Shown here: in pieces, positions 25,370 to 39,471 of the stretch
How positions within the stretch are numbered: position 1 is the stretch's first letter
Layout of the letters: each line of letters opens with the position of its first letter
NCBI RefSeq assembly: GCF_006345805.1
Contig: NC_043002.1
Coordinates: 62,001 to 126,000 of the forward strand
From: Octopus sinensis
Taxonomy: Eukaryota
Length of the DNA: 64,000 nt
Direction: 5' to 3'
Translations under genes and position numbers: made by a program
The notes under the pieces: generated by a model
The model's database searches: none
Told to the model about the DNA's origin: nothing
What the model saw: only the letters and a program-made list of their open reading frames with translations

Positions 25370-28300
25370 CATACATATATACGACGGGTTTCTTTCAGTT
25401 TCCATCTACCAAATCCACTCACAAAGCTTTGTTCGGCCCGAGGCTATAGTAGAAGACACTTGCCCAAGGTGCCATGCAGTAGGACTGAACCTGGAACCAT
25501 GTGGTTTGTAAGCAAGCTACTTACCACACAGCCACTCCTATGCCTATAGGTAAAGATCCCCTCGGTGGAATTTGAACTCAGAACGAAATACCGCTGAGCA
25601 TTTCGCTCGGCATGCTAGTGTTTCTGCCAGAATATATATATATAGTAACAGAAAAGAGGAATTTTGATTATCCCCACGTGGTGAGTTGTAATGTATGTAA
25701 GAAATTAAAAATTAAAAGATATATATTCAAATAAGTAAAACATAATATCATGAATAGCGATAGCGAAACCGGTCGATATATTAAAAATTATGTTAAAACT
25801 ATGTAAGTGTGCGTATTTTCCTTTTTTAATTTCTTATATATATATATTGGATGGTGCTTTTTACATGCCACCGGCACAAGGCCAGTCGGGGTACGTAAGA
25901 GAACCATCCGAACGTGGCCGTTGCCAGCGCCGCCCCGACTGGCCTTGTGCCGGTGGCATGTAAAAAGCACCATCCAATCGTGGCCATTTGCCAGCCTCAT
26001 CTGGCACGTAAGAAGCACCCACTACACTCACGGAGTTGTTGGCGTTAGGAAGGGCATCCAGCCGTAGAAACATTGCCAGATCAGACTGGGTCTGGTGCAG
26101 CTTTCTGGCTTCCCAGACCCCACTTGAACTGTCCAACCCATGCTAGCATGGAAAGCGGACGCTAAACGATGATGATATATATATTTACACATATATATAT
26201 GTTATATATCTATATATTAAGAAAATTGAGTTAGTCAGAATTTTGGATAATTATTTATTTGGTGTTTTCATCTAGCTTCGGAGAATCATCAGGAATGATA
26301 TTTTCACAGAGAATTTATGAGTTAGTTGAAAAAGTCTGGAGCAGAATTGAAATGAGAATGTTCTGTGCTATTCTGAATCTACGTGTGTGTGTGTGTGTGT
26401 TTGGTGAATTTTTGGAGGCTTGGTTAGTGGAAGAAGAATGGGAAAAGGCAAGAAAAACAGCAATGAAAACAGAAAGAGAAAAGAAGAAAGATAGACCTTG
26501 TTATTGCTGAATCCTTACCAGAACCAGAGAAGAAATTTCAAGTGTGGAAGCAATGAATTGAATTAAAGGCCCTTAGGGTTCATTTAGCAAAGACCAAAGT
26601 CTTGATAAGTAGGAAAACAGATACATCACAGATCTCTTCAGGGAGATGGCCCTGCTCAATATGTAGAAAAGGTGTCAAGAGAAGTTCCACATGGTATACT
26701 CAGTGCATACTAGGGACACATAAAAGGTGTCATTGGAAGACTCACAGAGAAAGTAGTTTTTACATGTGGCAGATGTGCAGGTACATTAAACACCAGGAAT
26801 AAACAAAATATAAGCTCCTTCAAATATAAGGTAAGGATCCTTAGAAGTAGTGGACAGTTTCTGTCACTTGGGTAACTGAGTTTGTAGTAGTAGAGGTTGA
26901 TCCGAAAGCACATCTGCTAGAATAAGAATGGACTGGGCAAAGTTCAGAGAGCTTCTACCTCTATTAGTAATGAAGAGCCTCTCCCTCAGAGTAAAAGGCA
27001 GAATAGATGATGCCTGTGTACATACAGCTATTCTACATGGCAGTGAGACATGGGCTGTGACTACATAGGACATGTGAAAGCTTGAAAGAAATGAAGCCAG
27101 TCTGCTGTGCTGGCTGGGTAATGTCAGTGTACATATAAAGCAAAGTATAAGAGATTTGAGATAAAAACTGGATGTAAAGAAGCATCCGATGTAGCATCTG
27201 ATGGTACGGTCATGTAATGACTGCACTGGTATGGCCATGTAATGCATAGGAATGAAGATAGTTGTATCAAGAGGTGCTGATCTCTAATTGTGGAAGGAGT
27301 AGACCCATGAAGACATGGGACAATGTAGTAAGAAAGGATCTTCAGAGGGAATAGCAGGGGACCAAGACACCTGATGGTTTGCTGTGCTTGAAAAGACATG
27401 TGAAGCTCAGTAAATCCATGGTCATCCTTGTACACAGGCACGTCCCTTGCATCCTTCTGCAGCTGAGTATTCTTAATCTTGCAGGGCTCATGGCAGATGG
27501 TGTCACATAAAATGCACCCATATCAGTGTCACATAAACACCCCTATACCAGTGCTGCATAAAAGCACTCAGCACACCCTGTGAAGTGGTTGGCATCAAGA
27601 AGGGTATCCAGCCATAGAAACCATACCAAAACAGACAATTGGAGCCAAAACCGACATAACCAGCTCTCCAGCCTTGCCAGCTCCTGTCAAACCAGCCAAC
27701 CCATGCCAGCATGGAAAGCATGTCGAATGATGATGATGATGGTTTTCTGTTTTTCCATAAATGTATGATTTTGTGTTGATCTATTTTATTTTTGAGTTTT
27801 GTGTACTTATAACTATGTTTTGTTTTTTAGTACGTTTCTATGGCCTGCGTTGTACATGCTCTGAAGGTTACACTGGAGCAGACTGCAATACTATGATTGA
27901 CATGTGCACCACTAAACCTTGCTATCATGGAGTCAGTTGTAATTCTTCGCTCGGAGAACAGGAGATGTGTGGATCTTGTCCAACTGGCTTGAGTGGAAAT
28001 GGCCGGGTTTGCTATGGCAAGTAACTTTATTCATCTTATTTTCTGAGTCTATAATAAAGACATAAAATTTCTAATCTCTTCCAGTTCAAATATTTCCATG
28101 CATGCAAAAGCACAGTTTGAATTACGTCAACATTGTAGAACAATATTAGAAAATTGGACGGTAAACCAATATTTCCTAATACTTCTTCACAACTGGTATT
28201 AGACATTATAAGCTCTGATATCAGACTAAGGAAAAGCGATCCACCAATGGAATTTGATCCGTGTACCTACTGATTGTTACCTGACTACATATTGATTATA

Positions 28301-31300
28301 GAGTGCATGCCAGTCCATCTTCTCAAATTAGGTTTTGTAAATGTTGTTGTTTTTTTCTCCCTCTCTTAATTTATATCCCAGTTGCCACTTAAGTTAGTCT
28401 GCTATTTCATGGCCAGCACTTTGTTGTTGTATATAATCTTTAACCCTTTAGCATTTAATCCAGCCATATCCAGCCCCAATACTCCACCTGTTTTATATTA
28501 AAACTGTCTGGATCCAACCTCTCACACCTACCCTACATTGCCATTTTAAAAATACATGGCCACACCATTTAAATTTTGAAGTTGTAAAATAATATGTGAT
28601 TAATTCAAAACAGTAGGAATAAATGAGCAATAAATTTCACAAAGAAGTCTGAATGCTAAAGAGTTAAAGCAGCAGTCCAACAAACAAGAGATGCAGAGTT
28701 TAAGACCTGCCAACAGGTCTGTTTCTATTTTCCTTGATTTGGTCATTATTATATCCAATATCTTTTATTCTAAAATCTCAGCTGCTATTTTGTAAACTGT
28801 TCATAATCATGGAGTTGGTTCTCTTAAGAAACATTAAAGCAACGTAGAGAGCTCCTTCTATTAACTGGGACTTGATCAGTTCCAACAACACGGGTTCAAG
28901 TTGATCTGGTCAACGGAACAGCATGCTTGTGAAAATAATGTGCAGATGGCTGAATACTCCACAGACACATGTGCCCTTAATGTAGTTCTCGGGGAGATTC
29001 AGCATGACACAGAAAGGGGCAGGGCTGCCCCCCCCCTTTGAATTACAAGTACAATTCATTTTTGCCAGCTGAGTGAACTGAAGCAATGTGAAATAAAGTG
29101 TCTTGCTCAAGGACACAACCTACCACTGGGAATCAACCTCCCCTCTTAATCACTAAGCTATGTGACTGACAAAACTAGTGAGGTCATAGAGATAAAATGT
29201 GAACCAGTGTAAACTGAGTCCAGCACCTCCCCCCCCCAGACAATAGTCACAGTCAGTGATTGATGTTCACAAGGGGTGGGCGTGGGAGTTGAAATGCAGA
29301 AAGAAATACATTATCTAACATAATTCAGATAAATTTTGAAAGCTCTTCCTTCCTCTACGAACTCACTGATCATCATCATCATAAATATTTCTAAAAGTCA
29401 TTTTAAAACTACATGTATTGCCCTGTACATACAAATATTGCCCTTTAAGATTGACTAAAAATCTATTAGGTTGGCAACTAAGTTCCTGCCGTTTTTTTAA
29501 TTAAAATTTTTTAAAAGGTTTAATAAAAAATAACAACTAATTAATTAATAATGTATTCACTCTTGTTGTTTACAACTTCTTCCCAATATTCAACAAGATT
29601 TTCAATGCCTCGTTGGTAGAAATCACCCGATTTCGACTCGAAAAATTGATCCAACCAAGCTCTCAATTTTGCATCAGTATTGAATGAAACTACGTGCATA
29701 GCATTTGAAAGAGCTCGAAAGAGGTGGAAATCTTAGTGCCAAATCAGGAGAGTACGGCGGGTGCGGCAGCACTTCCTAGTCATATTGGCAATATGAGGGC
29801 AGGCATTGTCGTGCAGCAGAAGAACTCCACGCTGACGATTTGGTCTCTTCTCTTGAATAGCCATGTTGAGTTGTTCCATCTGTTGAACATAGAATATCAT
29901 GTTGACCATGTGGTTCCATTCAAGCAATTCGTAATGGATAATCCCTTCCCAGTCCCACCATACGCACAACATCGTTTTACGCAGATGAAGATCTTGTTTC
30001 ATGCGCGGTGTCGCTTGTTCACCGGGGCTAAGCCATTTCTTACGCTGCTTCATATTGATGTACAGACACCATTTTTCGTCGCCAGTAACGATTCAGTAAA
30101 GAAATCGTTGCTTGTGGTCATGTGTTGAGCGGTGATGAGCAAGCAAACCAGCAGAGATTGTGGCTCATTGATTTTTGTTGTTGTCACTTAAAGCATGCAG
30201 AACCCATGCTCCATACTTCTGAACCTTTCCCATTGAGTAAAAATGCTTCTCTATAGTATTGTGGGAGCATTTCATTTTCTCTGCCAGTTCCCTTGTCGTT
30301 TGACGAGAATTTTCGTGCAAAAGTTGGTTTAATCACACTTCATCAAACTCAACTGGACAGCCAGAACGAGGTGCATCTTTGAGGTCAAAATTTCCATTTT
30401 TGAATTTAGCATACCAGTCATGAGCAGTTCTTTTAGCTATGGCACCCTCTCCATACACTGTACAAATGTTGCGAGCAGCTTTTGGAGCCTTAGAACCTTG
30501 ATTAAAAGCAAAGAGAAGGAGGTGTCGAAAATATTTGTTTTTCTTAACTTGACATTCCATTTTAATGATCTGAAAATAAACAAAAATAAACTAAAATTAA
30601 CTAGAAAAAAAAAATAGATTCCAAAATTATTCAAAAATAGAATTCTTGAAAAAAATAGATTCCAAAATTTAAAAAAACTGAATACAATTGAAATTTAGTA
30701 TAAACAACAATACAAATGATAAAGTTAGATGTAAGTATGCTACTAAGTTGGCTTCTAGCACTGAAAACATGGATGGTAGAGAACATTCCTTGAGACTTCT
30801 TGCTCTTTTTTATTTGAACGTTAACTGAAAATTATTAGATCCACAACAGCTTAAACAAGTAACAATAAAACATTTGCCGTCTGAATTGTTAAAATTTTAC
30901 TAACTTCATCTTTATGATTAATTGTTAAGGTTCTAGAAATAACTGATTTTAGAAATGTTTTTGAAATTGAAAAGACAGGAATTGAACAAATAAAATTGAC
31001 TTAATATTAATCTTTTACTGTTTTTATTCTTTATTACAGATAAAGATTTCTGTTCAAAAGGAGTTTGTAGTCAGAAGTGCAAAGACAATATTGGGGATAC
31101 TTATGTTTGTTCTTGTAGAAATGGTTATAAACTTGCTGCTGATAATAAAACATGTGAAGGTGAGTTTTATTTCTTTCTTTAATCGTCTTTGAGCTGAACC
31201 CTGTCATTTCCCTTATTTAATAATTCTTCAGATTAAAAATGTGGAATGTAAGATATTTCAGAAAATAAAATTTTCGAGAATATGCTTTGATGAGAGCTTC

Positions 31301-34300
31301 TGATAATACAATTCTTGATGAATTTTGCTTATATTTTCATTTGTCAAAATTCTCCTGTTTTCTTTATTTTGAAGTCAAACCAATATGTGTCTGCTTTTGG
31401 GTTATAACCTCTTTGCAGAGTTGCAGGGCCATATTGAGCTCCAATGTCATCTCTGGCATAATTTATATGACTGGACACCTTTCCTAATGCCAATCACTTT
31501 ACAGAGTGTACCAGGTGCTTTTTTCATATCGCTGGTTACTAGTGAGGTTGCCAGGTAACTTGCAGGACAGAATAGAGATGGAAAGGGAGGGAAAAGCTCC
31601 CACAACTGTGAAGTATTTGGGAGGGGAAGGTGGAGATGAATGGCTGTCTGCCAGGCTAAAGTATGATAGAGGGTCAAGCAGAGGGGCCTTGCTATAGAGG
31701 AGATATACATGGCTGAAGGAAATAAGAGGAAGGTAGCAATGGGATGCTGAAGCAAACTCACAAGAAGGTGAGGAGGAGGAGGAGGAGGAGGAGAGTGGAT
31801 GCTTTCATAAGAGTGTGATGAGGAGTAGACAGGTGGGGGTTGAAGAACAAGGGTGGAGGTGCAGATGATGAGAAATAGCATTATGTAGAGGAGTAAGGTG
31901 AGAGATGTAAGAGAGGCTGAAGAAAGAGAGTAGAACAGAAAGTTGTAGAATGTTGGGTAAGGAGAAGGAGAGGCGCATAAAGGGCTGCAGCAAGTTGGTT
32001 ATGATGATAGATATGGAAGGGTTTAGAGAATGACCCCTAAGAAATGTGTGGTGTATTACTGAGCTGAAGAATATCCACCCATCACAGCAGAATTGATATC
32101 ATAAAACAAGGTGTCTTGTAAAAAGTATTGGCGATGGTGCCATGTAAAAAGCATCCGGTACACTCTGTAAAGTGGTTGGCATTGGGAAGGGGGATCCAGC
32201 TGTAGAAACCCTACCAAATCAGATTATGGAATCCGGTGTGGGCCCTCGTCTTGCCAGTTCCTGTTAAGCTGTCCAACCCATGCCAACATGGAAAATGGAT
32301 GCTAAATGATGATGATGATACATTCATGCATATTGTTATTTTGTTATCCATGAATATTTATGCAAACATGTGCACACACATGTATAACCATAATTTCTCC
32401 CATGCACATACAGATGATGATGATGATGATGATGCACAGCCACATGTGTACTTGCTGTCATGTTTTGAACTCTTAAGCAATTTATAACAAATACGGTACA
32501 TTTGTTTAAATAATTAAAAACCTCCCGTCACATGGCATGCACAAGTTTTATGTGAACTTGTCCCTTTTCTTTCTATATATTGCAATTAAAATAAATGGGG
32601 CACACAATTGATTCCATTGCTACAGGATTGCCGTTGATTACCCTTCATGGTGTCTTTAACAGAAATTTAGGGTTATAATAGAAACCACTTGGACTTATAA
32701 GATAGATTGATCAACTGGTAGTTAGACAGATAGATAGGTGATATTATATATTACTATCACTAAAGGCTGTTCAATTCTGATGGAAAATTAGTGGTAGAAG
32801 AGGATCTGGGCGAGACTGAAGGAAACATGAAGCGATGATAAGGTCACATTATTATCAGCAAGACACACACACACACACACAGAGGCTGTAAGCAAAATAA
32901 AGTTGCTTAGCTTAATTACTAGGATAGGTTGGATGGATCTACTGTGGAGACTATTATCAATTGTCTCAGTCCCTTTTATAAGGTCCATCATCTTAAGATC
33001 TGAGTCTTCATTACTTTATAACATATTTATCTCACTCACTCATCTCTCTTGCCAGTTCATATTTTCAAAGACAGGCCCTTCTCTTAGATTTCTTCTACTT
33101 TTCCTCACAAAACCAATGCTTTATTCTTATTGCATTTTCTCAAAAGTAATCAAAGCTCAATAACTGGAAGTCTCGGCTACGTTTGCTTCATTTTTACACA
33201 ACTCGAATAATTTGTAAGAATTTTTTTCTGATAATTTAGTTATCTGGTGTTTGAGTTGTTCTATCTTCATGAAAATCGGGATCCAACTCAGCACTGACTT
33301 CTTGAACTATTTCAATACATCAATACCTGTTTCATTGACATTTCTTAGGTTTATTTTCAAATTGTCTTTTCCCTGTAAATTCTAATTTTTTTTCTACTCT
33401 CTGGCCAATTTTGGTACCATGAAAGTAGTCAGAGCCAGGAAGAATAGTTTATGAACCAAACTGAGATGGACATTTTTGAAAATTTTTATTTATTCATATT
33501 GGTTCCATTCTTATGGTTTAGCACCCACTTTGTCCTTATATTTCGATACAAGTTCCTGTAGATTTAGTTATTCTTCAGATATTCTATAGAAGTCTTTTGA
33601 TTCAAGGAACAGGCTTGAACCATACAGTCAAATTCCTTCTTGGAATCTAAATAGTATGTTCTGCATTTTTGCCATTCAAAGGACAATTTTACTAATTATT
33701 ATATATTGGATTGGTAAGAATATATTTTTTGAATGACTTTTGTCAGTGTTGTGATTTTTTTTCCTTTTGACATTTGATACCCATTAGTTTTAGCTTACTT
33801 TAGAAGCAAATTGCATGTAAATTTGTTTACAGCTGTTAGTTCAGTGTCAGTTTTAACATGGAGTGCAAAAGCAAACATTTTTGCCACATTTTACATTTTT
33901 ATTTCCATGAAGGCAAGAAAGCTGCTGAGGCTCAGAAAGAGATATGTGAAGTTTGTGGTGTTGATTGCTCAACAGAACGCACATGTTAGAAATAGTTTTA
34001 AAAATTCCTTTCTGGAGATTTTTCTCTGAAAGATGACCAACGTTCTGGTTGACCTACTGAAGTTGATGATGACTGGATCAAAACCATAATTGAATCTGAT
34101 TGTCATATAATTGTGCAAGAGAATGCAAAGATAATTAAACTGAAAATCATTTAAAATGTCTTGGACTCATTAAGAAGCTTGACATTTGGGTTCCACATGA
34201 ATTGAAAGAGATTCACTTAACAACAAATCAATATTTGCAATATGCATCTCAAATGCAACGAAAGATGCGACAGCTTTATGTTTGTTGTGTAAATCATTTT

Positions 34301-37300
34301 CATCATTTTTTTTTTATATTATTGTCAGATTTTTCTGTCCAGTAATAGAAATGAAAAAAAGTTGTTCTGATTAGGACCTGAAAATGTATGCCTTCTATAG
34401 TGGAAAGTAATGGAAAGGACTTTTTACTAACAAACTAAAATGAAAAACAGGCTTTCATCCTTTCAGAATTGATTAAAAAATTACCAATTTGAACAACACT
34501 GGGGTGGTGGTGGTGGTGGGGTCAATGTAATTGTCTGACCTCCTCCCCTGAACTTGCTGACCTTGTGCCAAAATTTGAAATCAGAGTTGATTGTTCCTCC
34601 AAATTTGTTATAAAAAGTTTAGTGGTTGGAGTGACTTGGATAAAAATAACCCATTGATAGTTGAGCTGAGAGAATTTCGATTTCAGTAAAACCTGTTTCA
34701 TTACTAACATGCAAGGAGAAATGACAGAAATGAGAAGAAATACAGGTTGAGAGAAGAACTCCCCAAAGAAGATATGAATTATTCATATGGACTGTCCTAG
34801 TGGTGGTGGTGGTGGTGGTGATGAAGGGAGGAGAGGGGGACCAATGGCAATGACTGAAAACACACCAGCAGAAAATGAGAAATTACTAATAAGTGTTGTT
34901 AGAAATGAGAATTGAGAAAATGGTTCTATTCCTGATTGATTGGGAGAGGTATTCTTTTATTTATTTCAGTCATTTGGCTACGGCCATGCTGGAGCACCAC
35001 CTTTAGTCAAACAAATCAACTCTAGGACTTATTCTTTGTAAGCCTAGTGCTTATTCTATCAGTCTCTTTTGCCGAACTATTAAATTACAGCAGGTCGAGA
35101 AATTAATTTTTTGTAACTATGAGGGGCGTTCAATAAGTAATTCCCCTGACCCACTTCCCATAGCAGTAGAGCAACGAAACTTTGCACAGTTATTAGTCTT
35201 TTTCTACATAGGAACCACCCAGAGTTACGCATTTCTCCCATCGTTTGATGCGGCTCTGGAGACCGTTTTTGTAGAAGAACCCAGCTTGGTCCTCCAACCT
35301 CAACGTGACTTCAGAAATCAAGGCTGCATCATCTGGGAAACGCTTTCCTTTCGAAAACAACTTCATGATTGGGAAGAGGTGAAAATCAGAGGGTGCAAGG
35401 TCAGGAAAGTAGGGGGGATGGGGAGGAGTTCATAGCCATACACCTGTGCTTCTGATCTGGTGACAAGCGAGTTGTGGACCAGAGCGTTGTCTTGCAGGAG
35501 GAGGATGCCTTTGCTGATCTTGCCCCGCCTCTTGATTTTGATAACTTCTCTTAATTTCCTCAAAAGTGAAGCATAATAGGCTCCTGCAATTGTGGTACCC
35601 TTTGCCAGGAAATCTGTCATCACTACTCCGTCCTGGTCCCAGAAGACTGTGAGCATGACCTTGCCAGCGGAGGGCTGCACCCTTGCCTTCTTTGGAGAGG
35701 GTGAGTCACGGTGCTTCCACTGCATTGACTGGGCTTTGGTCTCTGGATCATCGTGATGGACCCAGGTTTCATCCTGTGTAATCAGTCTTTTGAAAAATTT
35801 TGACTCATCTTCTTGGCACATCTCCAAATTCACCCTCGAGCACTCGACGCGTTCTTGCTTCTGGAAAGGCGTGAGCAACCTGGGAATCCATCTGGCAGAC
35901 ACCTTTTGCATATGCAAATGGTCATGAATGATAGTTTCCACAGACCCGGTACTAATCTTGACCTCATGGGCTATTTGGCGAATAATTATGCGTCGATCTT
36001 CCAAAATGGCAGCCTCAACTTGACGGACAGATACCTCATCAATGGCAGAAGTTCTGACCATGTTTGAATTCACGATGCCAGCATTTTACAAGGTCATATG
36101 ATGGGGCATCATCACCATAAGTTACTTTCATTTCATCAAAAGTCTCCCGTGGTGTGCGTCCTTTCAAATACAAAAACCGGATCACTGCTCGACACTCAAC
36201 AGGCTCCATTTCACACTTGACTCGGTTCAAACACCTGTAAATCAGAAACCACAGTTAATTCAGAGCTGTAATTTGCCACTTACTCTATAGAGATATAAAT
36301 GATTGCACATGCAAAATTTCAGCTAGATCAAACAATTGCAAGTGGGTCAGAGGCATTACTTATTGAACGTCCCTCGTAAACACTTTCAGATTTCGGACAC
36401 TGGTAGAATGTGTCATATAAAACATCTTTTACTCTTAGCTTTGTTGAGAAAAGTTTGTATTTTCAAAGTTATTTCATTTTCAAGTAGTCATATTTCGGTA
36501 AATTCAACCAATCAATGACGTGTATTCAGCTGAATAAAATTACTGCCGTTGATTGTCAACAACAACTTCCGGTGGTGTATATTTCGTTTGTCACTGTTAG
36601 TTATGGCATGTTTCATCTCAGTTATGTTTGTATGGATAAACGAGTTTATCTGAAGCACGTTTACTTCATGGCACCACCATAATCGTTCGTGCATTTCTAC
36701 TGCTTTTAGGTTTTTTTTCCTGTTTTTCAGCTATTATTTTTGGAAAGACTCCCCCCTCCCCCTCCAATTTCTTAATTTTTCACTTTTTTCCGTAACTCTA
36801 ACCCTAAAATCCCAACTGTAACTCTAAAACCTTAACCTTAACTCTAAAACCCTAACCCTAACTCTAAAGTCCTAACCCTAAAACCCTCACCCTAAAACCC
36901 TAACCCTAACCCTAAAACCCCAACTGTAACTCTAAAACCTTAACCTTAAGGTTAAGGGGAGGCAACTATGCCTCCCCTGGTCTCGATGGAGTTACATACC
37001 TGCTTCTCAAACGTGGCAGGCACTTCCTTTTACACCAGCTTTCTATTTTCTTCCAGTACTGTCTCAACAATGGTGCTACTCCGGAGCAGTGGAAAACTGC
37101 CAGTGTCATTCCTCTGTTCAAAAAGGGCGACCGCACATCACCTGTCAACTATCGCCCAGTCAGTCTCACTAGCTGTATTGCAAAACTGATGGAATCGTGT
37201 GTCAGAGAAACACTCTGGAACTTCTGGAGCTCTCACAGTCTCATCCGACCCTCACAATATGGATTTGTCCCTAACTCCAGCTGCAGTGACCAGCTTGTCG

Positions 37301-38485
37301 AGTTCCTTGAGGACATTACTCAGATCACTGACAGTGGCTCATGGGTGGATGTTGTCTACCTTGACTTTGCTAAGGCTTTCAACTCTGTGCCACACAAAAG
37401 GCTTATGGTGAAACTCTCTGCAATGGGTGTGGGGGATGACCTTTTTAACTGGTTGAAATCCTTCATCCTCAGCCGAAAGGAGGTAGTCACAGTTCTAGGA
37501 CAGCACTCTACACCATATGAGATGTCATCGGGTGTACCACAGGGATCTGTCCTTGGTCCCCTCCTGTTTGTGGCATACATTAATGACATAGATGCCAATT
37601 TAAAGAATGCCACAGTATTGAAATATGCAGACAACATCAAGCTGTACTTTGAAATCAAGAGGACTGATCCTGATGTCTACAACTCTTTCCTGCAATCAGA
37701 CCTAGACACAATGCAGCAATGGATCACAGACTGGCAACTGAAACTGGCTGTGGACAAGTGTACCACCATGCATTTTGGGAGAAAAAACCCTGCGTCCACA
37801 TACTCCCTTCACAACACTGATATCAAGAAATCCTCTTGCGAGCGTGACCTAGGCATCACTGTCAGCAGTGATTTGCGTTGGACAAAGCATATCTCTAAAA
37901 TTGTCAAGAAGGCCGAGGGTGTCTTGGCATCACTCAGCAAGACTTTTGTTAGCCGCTCTCCAGCCATCTATTTAAAACTGTATACAGCTATGGTACGACC
38001 ACACTTGGAATTCGCATCATCAGTTTGGAATCCCTATCTTGCTCAGAACATTGACCTCCTGGAATCTGTCCAGAGACGTGCAACCAAACGCATACCCTCC
38101 ATCAGACACCTACCATATTCTGAGCGCCTTGTTTCCCTGGGCATGGATTCACTGAAGCTCCGGCGTCTGGCGACGGACTTGGTAAACACCCACAAGGTTA
38201 TCAACCACCTCACCAACAACAACACTGAACACCTTTTTGATCTCCATGTGTCTAACACACGTGGACATGCCTACAAAGTCAGAAAACAGCACAGCTCCCA
38301 TGACTTTCGGAAACATTTTTTCACGCTCAGGGTTGCTGAAGCGTGGAATAAACTGCCTGCATCAGTTGTTGACTGCCATGACACTGCATCCTTTAAGGCC
38401 CTCATGCTTCCCGAAATCCGTCGAAACTACACCTGATTATATATACACTTTAGATGAGTTGTAGTGCACCTGAGCACTGTACACA

Positions 38486-38538
<53 letters not shown>

Positions 38539-39013
38539 TAAAACCCTAACCCTAACTCTAAAACCCTAACCCTAACCCCCTAGCCCTAAAACCCTAACCC
38601 TAACACCCTAACCTTAACTCTAAAACCCTAACCCTAAAACCTTAAAGCTAAAACCAGTACAAATGCACAAATAATATCATAACTAACAGTGACAAACGAA
38701 ATATACACCACCGGAAGTTGTTGTTGACAATCAACGGCAGTAATTTTATTCAGCTGAATACACGTCATTGATTGGTTGAAATTACCGAAATATGACTACT
38801 TGAAAATGAAATAACTTTGAAAATACAAACTTTTCTCAACAAAGCTAAGAGTAAAAGATGTTCTACATGACACATTCTACCAGTGTCCGAAGTCTGAAAG
38901 CGTTTAGTTACAAAAAATTAATTTCTCAATCTGCTGTTCAAAGGGAAAAGATCCTATAAACACACCAACATTGGTTGCCAAGTGATAGTGGGGGGGCAAA
39001 CACAGACACACAA

Positions 39014-39050
<37 letters not shown>

Positions 39051-39389
39051 ATATACATACATACATACATACATACATACATACATACGAGAACAAGATG
39101 TACGTTACACCGCAATGATATATGTATAAAAATTATATATAAAAATACATGTGTGTGTGTGTGTGTTTTTGTTGTTTGTGTGTGTCTTTTTGTTGTGTGT
39201 GTGTGTGTGTGTTTTTTTGTTGTGTATGTGTGCGTGTGTTGTGTATCTCTTAAATCAATGAATTTCGTCGCCCAATAAAAATATTAACGATATCAAAGTT
39301 CAAAAAATATCGTTAATATTTTTATTCCGTTTTTTGTGTCGTCTCTTGTGTGTTTTGCGTTCTTGTCCCATTTTGTATTTTTATATATA

Positions 39390-39471
<82 letters not shown>

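Larger units (their letters stand above)
35088..38936. mobile_element. Foldback/TIR element with 259-bp near-perfect inverted repeats and internal telomere-like repeats; hosts a mariner and a CR1
   Basis: Left arm 35088..35119 plus 36379..36605 is the reverse complement of 38678..38936. Confidence 0.85.

Noticed and set aside
25470-25545. tRNA genes at SINE heads (also 42990-43070, 53835-53900)
   Set aside because: A/B-box-like motifs only, no cloverleaf, and they continue into SINE body sequence
28021-28026. Canonical GT donor for exon 7
   Set aside because: Joining it to exon 8 gives AAA TAA, an immediate stop; the GC donor at 28017 keeps frame
36790-38650. True telomere or chromosome fusion site
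   Set aside because: Repeats are short, degenerate, all on one strand and enclosed by the TIRs of a mobile element
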